The position numbers and the translations under genes were made by a program. Positions 57,419-64,000 of a stretch of DNA of 64,000 nt are shown here, one piece after another. Source of the DNA: Thermoplasmata archaeon (lineage in GTDB: Archaea > Thermoplasmatota > Thermoplasmata > Lutacidiplasmatales > UBA184); contig JASHOP010000099.1 in the NCBI GenBank assembly GCA_030041075.1, positions 3,852 to 67,851 of the forward strand, in the 5' to 3' direction. Position 1 is the first letter of the stretch. Every line of letters starts with the position of its first letter. Under the pieces are notes generated by a model that did not search any database, was not told the origin of the DNA, and saw nothing but the letters and a program-made list of their open reading frames with translations.

Positions 57419-59038
57419 GTGCCGAGGACCACCCCGATCGCCGTTGCGGTCGTCCTGGCCGGGGTGCTCCTCGCTTCCTCGAGCGTTCTCGGAACCGAGC
57501 GGGACCCCGCGCCGGCCGCCTCCCCGATCTCGCCGGCGGTCAGCTGCCCGAAGCTACCGACCCCCGATCCGTACTCCACGGGGATGGCCGCCTCCCTGGT
57601 CCTCGGGCAGTCCAATTTCACCAACGCCTACTTCGGTCACGGAGCCGGCAATCTCTCGTTCGGTCCCAGCGCCGCCGCCTTCGACCGATCGGGCGACCTC
57701 TGGGTGGTGGACACGGACAACAACCGGATCCTCGAGTACGTTCCGCCGTTCACCTCGGGCATGAGCGCGACCCTGGCGATCGGCCAGCCGACGCTCACGA
57801 GCTTCCGGTCGAACACGACCGCGAGCGGACTCTGGGAGCCCGAGGGGATCGCGTTCGACGGCAACGGTGACCTCTGGGTCGCCGACACCCAGAACGACCG
57901 GGTCCTCGAGTTCGCGCCTCCGTTCTCGACCGGGATGAGCGCGACGCTGGTCCTCGGCCAATCGGACTTCACGAGCCGGCTCGGCGGGACGAGCCCCACG
58001 AACCTGTCGCTTCCGTCCGGTCTGGCATTCAACGCGACGGGGGCCCTGTTCGTCGCCGACCGCGGGAACAACCGGGTCCTCGCCTTCGACCCGCCGTTCT
58101 CGAGCGCGGAGGCGGCGACGCTCGCCCTCGGGCAGACGAGCCTCTCCGGGTCCCGCCCCGGCACCACCGCCACCAACCTGTCGTTCCCGACCGCTCTCGC
58201 GGTGGATCGGGCGGGCGACCTCTGGGTCGCCGACCAGGGGAACGACCGCGTGCTCGAGTTCGCCTACCCGCTAACGACCGGGGAGGCCGCTTCCGCGGTC
58301 CTCGGCCAGTACAACTTCACCCTGACCAACGAGACCGCCCCGTACGGATTGAGCGATCCGTGGGGGATCGGGTTCGACGCGGACGGCGACCTCTGGGTCG
58401 CAGACTCCGGGGACGATCGGGTCCTCGAGTACGAACCGTCGCTGGCCACGGGAGAGGTCCCGTCGGTCGCGATCGGCCAGTCCTCGACCGGAGGCACCCG
58501 GTTCGGCACGACTCCGTGGAACCTCAGTGCCCCCCGTGATGCCGTGCTCGACCCGGCCGGTGATTTGTGGGTCGTCGACGGCTCGAACGATAGGGTACTG
58601 GAGTTCGCCCCGACCTCGTACATCGAGACCGTGAACGAAACGGGGCTGGCGAACGGGACGTTCTGGTCGGTCACGATGGGCGGCAGCGTGGGCGCCGGCC
58701 TCGCTCCCGGCGGGATCGCCTTCCCGCTCTGGAACGGTTCCTACTTCGTTTCGATCGGATCCGTGCCGGGCTACTCCGCCTCGGCGCCCGGCCTCGCCTG
58801 CCCCGTGAGGATCGACGGGGCACCGTCCTCGGCGACGGTGACGTTCACCCCGACCCCGTCCTCCTCCACGCCCGGCCCCACGCCCGGCGAACTGGAGATC
58901 GGGATCTACGTCCTGCTGGTCGCGGTGATCGCCCTGGCCGCGCTCCTGGTCCGGGAGCGGAGGAAGCACCGCGGACCGGGTTCGCCGCCCGAGGGATCGG
59001 GCTCCGCCGGACCGCCGGCTCCTCCTCCGAGTTCCTGA
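57419..59038 (+). CDS. NHL-repeat beta-propeller surface protein with C-terminal TM anchor
   Basis: Six GDLWVxD..N.RVLE-type repeats with LGQ spacers; one ETGL..GT.W module; TM helix followed by RERRK. Confidence 0.88.
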   Translation: MPRTTPIAVAVVLAGVLLASSSVLGTERDPAPAASPISPAVSCPKLPTPDPYSTGMAASLVLGQSNFTNAYFGHGAGNLSFGPSAAAFDRSGDLWVVDTDNNRILEYVPPFTSGMSATLAIGQPTLTSFRSNTTASGLWEPEGIAFDGNGDLWVADTQNDRVLEFAPPFSTGMSATLVLGQSDFTSRLGGTSPTNLSLPSGLAFNATGALFVADRGNNRVLAFDPPFSSAEAATLALGQTSLSGSRPGTTATNLSFPTALAVDRAGDLWVADQGNDRVLEFAYPLTTGEAASAVLGQYNFTLTNETAPYGLSDPWGIGFDADGDLWVADSGDDRVLEYEPSLATGEVPSVAIGQSSTGGTRFGTTPWNLSAPRDAVLDPAGDLWVVDGSNDRVLEFAPTSYIETVNETGLANGTFWSVTMGGSVGAGLAPGGIAFPLWNGSYFVSIGSVPGYSASAPGLACPVRIDGAPSSATVTFTPTPSSSTPGPTPGELEIGIYVLLVAVIALAALLVRERRKHRGPGSPPEGSGSAGPPAPPPSS

Positions 59039-59174
59039 ATACGCCCCCGGATCGTCCGCCCGACCCGGGCTCACCGCGAGGCGATCCCGTCCAATCGACC
59101 GCGGCCCGTGGAGCCGCGCCCCGTCCCCCCTGGGCACGCGACGGCCCCGTGAGCGGATTACGACCCGGAGGTTC

Positions 59175-60194
59175 TCAGGACCGCGGGGAGGTTTCGACGC
59201 CGCCGGTACGTGACGCCGCGACCTGGCTCAGTACGCTCAGCGCCTCCACCGTCGCCCACCGGCTCGGAACCCCCGCCGGTTCGAGGACGATCGGGTACTC
59301 GAACCCCTCGAACGGGTCCCGGGCGCCGGTGGCGTCGACATCCGGATGGCTCGCGTCCAGCGACCAGGTCCCGTCCGCGGCCCGCTTTCGGCGCAACCAT
59401 CGGAGGGCCGGGACCATGCGAAGGTCGCCCGCGTACCCGAGCCGGGCCAGCGTCCGCAGGCCCACGAGGATGTCGTAGTAGTAGTGGTTCGGGTAGTGAA
59501 TCCTGAACCACGGGGGATACCGGCGCGGCCCCTCGCGCATCAGGCGTCGCTCGAGAAAGAACTTCGCCCCGCGGTCGATGGCGCGGCGGACGCTCTCGTC
59601 CCGCTGCTCGATCGGGATCTCCGCCAGCGCTTCGAGCGGCTTCCAGCCGTCCAGCGAGCCGTGCTTCGCCGGGCCGTCGTTCCAACCCCCGTCGGGTAGC
59701 TGGACCCGGACGATCCAATCGATGGTTCGCCGGACCGCGGGGTGGTCCCCGTAGCCGACCCGGAGGAGGGCGCGAGCGGCCATGCCCGGGACACAGACCT
59801 CCCGGGTCCGGCCCCTCGGGCGGTAGTCGAGCGGCTCCTCGCCCGCCTTGCGCTGGTCGAACCGTCGGAGTATCAACTCTGCCGCCCGCCGGATGCGCGG
59901 GTCCTCTTTCGTCCCGCCCAGGTCGCTCACGACGAGGAACGGCCAGAAGGTGGCGATGTACCGCGGGCGGAAGAGTTCCGGACCCGAGGTCCCGGGCGTG
60001 TGCCAGTGCCCGTCGGGAAACTGGTCGTCAAGGAGCCACGCCGCCCAACCGCGCCTCCCGATCTCCCGCCGCGCCGTTCGGACCCGGGGGTCCGTCGCGG
60101 GAACGCCCTCGACGTCGGTCCAGTAGCGGGCCCGCACGCTCGGATCGGATCCCGGACCGGTGAGCCACCGGCGCAACCGGTCCGGGACGATCAC
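59175..60194 (-). CDS. Prenyltransferase/squalene-cyclase-fold hypothetical protein
   Basis: QW-like repeats QFPDGHW, QLPDGGW, DGTW; YP..YYYDIL..L; EPAGVPSRWAT. Confidence 0.72.
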   Translation of the reverse strand: MIVPDRLRRWLTGPGSDPSVRARYWTDVEGVPATDPRVRTARREIGRRGWAAWLLDDQFPDGHWHTPGTSGPELFRPRYIATFWPFLVVSDLGGTKEDPRIRRAAELILRRFDQRKAGEEPLDYRPRGRTREVCVPGMAARALLRVGYGDHPAVRRTIDWIVRVQLPDGGWNDGPAKHGSLDGWKPLEALAEIPIEQRDESVRRAIDRGAKFFLERRLMREGPRRYPPWFRIHYPNHYYYDILVGLRTLARLGYAGDLRMVPALRWLRRKRAADGTWSLDASHPDVDATGARDPFEGFEYPIVLEPAGVPSRWATVEALSVLSQVAASRTGGVETSPRS

Positions 60195-60329
60195 GCGCCC
60201 TCGAGAAGGAGTTCGCCGGGTCCTGTCCGCACGCTACGCCCTGACCGCGCCGTGGAGGGGGGATCGGAGGCCCGTAGGCATCGATGCTGATAAGTCCCGG
60301 CTTGATGAGCCGTACGGTGCGAGCGTCCC

Positions 60330-61004
60330 ATGAGACGCGCGGCTGCCAACCCGGTCACCGATTCTCCTTCATCGCCTGCGAGCCATCTCCGGCGCGGGTC
60401 CGGGCCGCCATCGTCCCGCGGAGGAGCGCTCCCGCTGGAGGCGCGCGAGCTTACGCCCCGGCGCTGGACCGATTTCGAGAGCCTGTTCCGGAAGTATCAC
60501 GGCGTGCAAGCGGGATGCTGGTGCATGTTCTATCACCGAGAGGGACCGACCGGTCCGCTCGCAAGCGCCCGGCGCCAGGAGGCGAACCGGCGGGACCATC
60601 GCGCCCTCGTTCTCCGGGGCCACGGGCAGGGGATCCTGGTCTACCGGCATGGCCGGGCCGTGGGTTGGTGCCAGTTCGGGCGGCGCGACGACCTGCCTCG
60701 AGTAGAACGAGGGCGGAAGTACCGGTCCCTCGCGAGCGGTCTCGGGCGGCCCCCGAACTGGCGGATCACCTGCTTCTTCGTCGACCGCCCGTTCCGACGG
60801 TCGGGCGTCGCGCGGTTCGCCCTCCGCGCCGCTCTGAAGGCGATCCGGCGGCACGGTGGAGGGATCGTCGAGGCGTACCCCGCCACGCACGGCAGGGCGG
60901 TGGCGACCTGGTTCGGCACCGTCGGGATGTTCGAACGGGAGGGGTTCCGCATCGTTCGGTCGTTCGGGCAGAGCAACGTGCTGGTCCGGCGAGCGATCCG
61001 CTGA
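60330..61004 (+). CDS. GNAT-family acetyltransferase
   Basis: CWCMFY, VGWCQFG, ITCFFV..FRRSGV, VEAYP, G..GMFEREGF. Confidence 0.88.
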   Translation: MRRAAANPVTDSPSSPASHLRRGSGPPSSRGGALPLEARELTPRRWTDFESLFRKYHGVQAGCWCMFYHREGPTGPLASARRQEANRRDHRALVLRGHGQGILVYRHGRAVGWCQFGRRDDLPRVERGRKYRSLASGLGRPPNWRITCFFVDRPFRRSGVARFALRAALKAIRRHGGGIVEAYPATHGRAVATWFGTVGMFEREGFRIVRSFGQSNVLVRRAIR

Positions 61005-61104
61005 CCCGCGCCCGGTGCGGGACGGGGTCGGGGGTGCCGAGGACCCCGGGTCGCGTTCGAACAACCCCCGTTGCGGGCGCACGACCCGGGGATTCTGCGG
61101 TACC

Positions 61105-61466
61105 CCCATGGAAGACGGCACCGGGCACGCCCCGAAGTCCGGGACCGCTCGCGTGGAGATCGGCCCCGAACCTTCGCGCCGTGGCGTAGACGATGGCGCT
61201 CGAGAAGCGGGGGCGCAAGGAGAGCGAAGAGTCGACCGCTTCCAAGGCCAGCTGGTCGTCGAACGGGACCGGGGTAGTCGCGCGAAGGTGAACGACCGCG
61301 GCGAGGGCGGCCGACTCGCCCTTCGCCGGCCGTAGTTTCTTTTAGACCATGACCACGGAGGAAAGAATCTCCGTCGGAGGGACGCTGGAGAATACGCGAT
61401 TGTGCGACGGAGCCTGGGACCCCCAAGCCGCCGCTCGATCCACCCGTAGCTGTCGATGCAGATCAT
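61105..61466 (-). pseudogene. Frameshifted VapC (PIN) toxin
   Basis: Fragments in different frames join into a PIN domain: MICIDSYGWIE / NRVFSSVPPTEILSSVV / SAALAAVVHLRATTPVPFDDQLALEAVD / AIVYATARRFGADLHAS. Confidence 0.78.
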
Positions 61467-61699
61467 GCGCCCGCCTCCGCCAAAGGCGGCCCGAGCGGTC
61501 GCGGAGGTCCCGAAGGTCGACCTTGGACCCGTTGACCATGCCCTCGGACGTCTCGAATCGGCGGACCGGACCAGGTATACGACTCCGGGCTTGACGATCA
61601 CCGCGAGCTTGTCGCCGGGCGCATGCCGTGATGACGCCGAGTCTTCTCGGGAATCACGACAGGATACTTCGAGGATACGGTCACGGTCTCCACCGTCAT
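61463..61699 (-). pseudogene. Frameshifted AbrB/MazE-type antitoxin
   Basis: GGAGTG directly before the ATG; MTVETVTVSSKYPVVIPEKTRRHHGMRP / GDKLAVIVKPGVVYLV / ...DLRDR with two frame changes. Confidence 0.78.
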
Positions 61700-61818
61700 C
61701 ACTCCTGCGAAGCGCTGACGGCATCGATATGTCCGTGCGAAGAGGCCGCCCCTGTCGATAGGGGCGCCCTAGGCTGGAGGGCATGGATCCGCGGCACCCG
61801 AGCCGCGAGCCAAGACTC

Positions 61819-61838
61819 TGGTGCCGGGGCCAGGATTC
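61819..61838 (-). other. tRNA 3'-end fragment (positions 57-76), putative att site
   Basis: Minus strand GAAT-CCTGG-CCCCGGC-A-CCA is in exact tRNA register, with no 5' part of a tRNA upstream. Confidence 0.65.
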
Positions 61839-61967
61839 CACACCATAACCTCGGGCTCCGAGCGGTGCGCCGAGAAGGCCCTCGCTCGGTGTAACGGACT
61901 CGTCTTGGTCTCCGATGCGCGATTCGTGGGCAGAGGGTCCTTAATCTAACCGAAGCGTTCTCGCGCT

Positions 61968-63908
61968 GTGGCGTCGGTCCGTCGTCTGTCGGCCATCATG
62001 TTCACCGATATGGTCGGCTCGACCGCGTCGGCTCAAGAGAATGAGGCCGGGGCGCTCAAGCTCCGCGACGAGCAGGCAGGGCTTGTCCGTCCCCTCTTCG
62101 CTGCCCACCACGGGCGCGAAATCAAGTCGATGGGCGATGGGTTCCTCGCAGAGTTCGACAGCGCCCTTCGGGCCGTTCAGTGCGCGATCGACATCCAGCA
62201 GCACCTGCACGAACGGAATGCGCAGCGGGGCGTGCCTCCCATTCAACTTCGCATCGGGGTTCACCTCGGGGACGTCGAGCAGCGCGAGACCGACATCTTC
62301 GGAGATGCCGTGAATATCGCCTCTCGCATCGAGCCCCTGGCACCGCCGGGCGGGGTGTGTATCTCAGGGGAGGTCTTCAGTCAAGTTCGGAACAAGATCC
62401 CGAACCCGCTGGAGAAACTCCCTCCGACCACCCTTAAGGGGCTTCGGTTACCGATCGACATCTACCGCGTTCTCATGCCCTGGAGCGATCGCAAGGGGTC
62501 CTCCGGCGACGACGGGGCGGCCCCCATCGACAAGAGCCGGATTGCCGTCCTGCCGTTCGTGAGCATGAGCCCGGACCCCAATGACGAGTATTTCGCCGAC
62601 GGGCTCACGGAGGAGTTGATCGCGAACCTCGCCCTCGTCAGGGGTCTCAAGGTGATTGCGCGGACTTCCGTCATGGAGTACAAGAAGAAAGACAAGCACG
62701 TCTCGGAGATCGGGAAGGAGCTCGACGTCGGGACGGTCGTTGAGGGGAGCGTCCGCAAGGCGTCGAATCGGATCCGCGTCACGGTTCAGGTGATTGACGT
62801 CGCCACCGAGGAGCACCTCTGGGCGTCGAAGTACGACGACAATCTCGACGACGTCTTCGCCGTCCAGAGCGACATCGCCACCAAGGTGGCTGCGTCGCTG
62901 CCAAAGAACCTCGCTCTCCCCGCAGCTCCGGTTCCGGCCTTGCAGGAGACCCACGATATGCAGGCGTACCTCTACTTTCTCCAAGGACAGGCCCTGGTTT
63001 GGAAACGCGAAGAGGTCCCCATACGGCAGGCCCTGCGATTCTTCGAACAGGCGGTGGAGAAGGATCCTAGCTTTTCCCGGGCGTATGCCAGCCTCGCCCG
63101 GGCCTACAAACAGCTGGGTGAGGAAGGGTTGATCTCGTGGTCGGAGGCCATCGTCCAAGGCAAGGCGGCGGCCGAGAAGGCCCGAGCGACCAGCCCTGAC
63201 CTCGCGGAGGCGCATGCCATGCTCGCGGAGCTGTCGTTCATGGCGGACGATCCGATCGCGCAGCAAGAGAACGAAGCCAAAAGGGCGCTCGAGCTCAATC
63301 CCAACCTGGCCGAGGCGCACGATCTCTTGGGGCAGATTGCGGGAATCAAGGGGGACATAGATTCTTACGTCCGCCACATCGAAGAGGCGTATCGGCTGGA
63401 CCCGCTTTCCCCTCCCACCGTACGATATCTTGGCCGGGCATACTTCCTCGCGGGAAGATACGCGGATGCCCTCGAGCATTGGAAGAAGACCCTCCATCTG
63501 GACCCCATCACTTCGTACCACGGCTTGGCCGACTACTACATCGCCCAGGGAGAGCTCGAACGGGCGGACGAGATGGTGAAGGAGATGGAGCGAATCAGCC
63601 CAACGAACCGGGCTACGTACCTGAAGCGCGGGCATCTCGCGGCGCTGAACGGCGATCGGGCGAAGGCGCTGGAGATGATCGCGAAGCTGGACGCCGCGCG
63701 TGACCACGGGTGGGTGACCTCCCCGTATGCGGCCTACATCTATCTCGCCCTCGGCGATGTCGACCGGTTCTTCGAGTACATGTTTGCCGCGGTGAAGAGT
63801 CACACGCTTCCCATGAGCAATCTCCTCTTCTCACCCCACTTTGCCCAGGTCCGGCAGGACCCCCGCTTTGAGCAACTGATTTCGCTCGATCGCCAGCTCA
63901 ACGCGTGA
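61968..63908 (+). CDS. Class III adenylate cyclase with TolB-like and TPR domains
   Basis: MFTDMVG, IKSMGDG, LRIGVHLGDV, DIFGDAVNIASR; IAVLPF..EYFADGLTEELI; TPR repeats. Confidence 0.92.
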   Translation: MASVRRLSAIMFTDMVGSTASAQENEAGALKLRDEQAGLVRPLFAAHHGREIKSMGDGFLAEFDSALRAVQCAIDIQQHLHERNAQRGVPPIQLRIGVHLGDVEQRETDIFGDAVNIASRIEPLAPPGGVCISGEVFSQVRNKIPNPLEKLPPTTLKGLRLPIDIYRVLMPWSDRKGSSGDDGAAPIDKSRIAVLPFVSMSPDPNDEYFADGLTEELIANLALVRGLKVIARTSVMEYKKKDKHVSEIGKELDVGTVVEGSVRKASNRIRVTVQVIDVATEEHLWASKYDDNLDDVFAVQSDIATKVAASLPKNLALPAAPVPALQETHDMQAYLYFLQGQALVWKREEVPIRQALRFFEQAVEKDPSFSRAYASLARAYKQLGEEGLISWSEAIVQGKAAAEKARATSPDLAEAHAMLAELSFMADDPIAQQENEAKRALELNPNLAEAHDLLGQIAGIKGDIDSYVRHIEEAYRLDPLSPPTVRYLGRAYFLAGRYADALEHWKKTLHLDPITSYHGLADYYIAQGELERADEMVKEMERISPTNRATYLKRGHLAALNGDRAKALEMIAKLDAARDHGWVTSPYAAYIYLALGDVDRFFEYMFAAVKSHTLPMSNLLFSPHFAQVRQDPRFEQLISLDRQLNA

Positions 63909-64000
63909 GCCGGGTCCTTAGAGCCTATCCGGAAACCGGTGGTTCGACGGCCGTTCGCGGTTTGGCCGAGACGTGGTCTTGGTCGACCTCTCTCTGAAAA

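Noticed and set aside
57600-58620. Periodic repeats GACCTCTGGGTC...GTCCTCGAGT
   Set aside because: In-frame NHL protein repeats, not a CRISPR array; no CRISPR was found in the window.
61031-61061. Second degenerate tRNA-like end (GTTCGAAC...CCTCGGCACC, minus strand)
   Set aside because: Spacing is out of tRNA register; could be chance.
63918-64000. TTAGAGCCTATCCGGAAA resembles an IS terminal repeat
   Set aside because: No partner repeat or transposase inside the window, so it cannot be supported here; check the next window.

Overview
This is a very GC-rich archaeal chromosome segment. Archaeal markers include gatD, TBP, aIF-1A, Cdc6/Orc1, RPA, class I CCA-adding enzyme, Bud32 and TATA-box, mostly leaderless promoters. 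Thermopsin, Thermoplasmata-type surface repeats and a TPP riboswitch suggest a high-GC Thermoplasmatota lineage (inference). The core (about 11-60 kb) is housekeeping and metabolism: aconitase, thiamine ABC transporter, pdxS, pyrF, RPA pair, fatty-acid/ETF genes, nnr, speB, thiI-like, tmk, lipA, cca and amt. Both ends carry tRNA-associated accessory DNA. On the left, tRNA-Arg(GCG) is followed by a RelE-type toxin-antitoxin pair and an IS1182 stub cut by an IS3 element. On the right are a decayed vapBC pair, a stand-alone tRNA 3' end resembling an att site, and an adenylate cyclase-TPR gene. The most notable signals are non-coding and absent from the ORF track: a 34-nt intron in the tRNA-Arg D-loop with a relaxed bulge-helix splice motif, a complete box C/D guide RNA in front of an FKBP gene, an archaeal TPP riboswitch heading an operon that ends in aconitase, and the att-like fragment. 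All calls come from reading motifs by eye; no searches were run.
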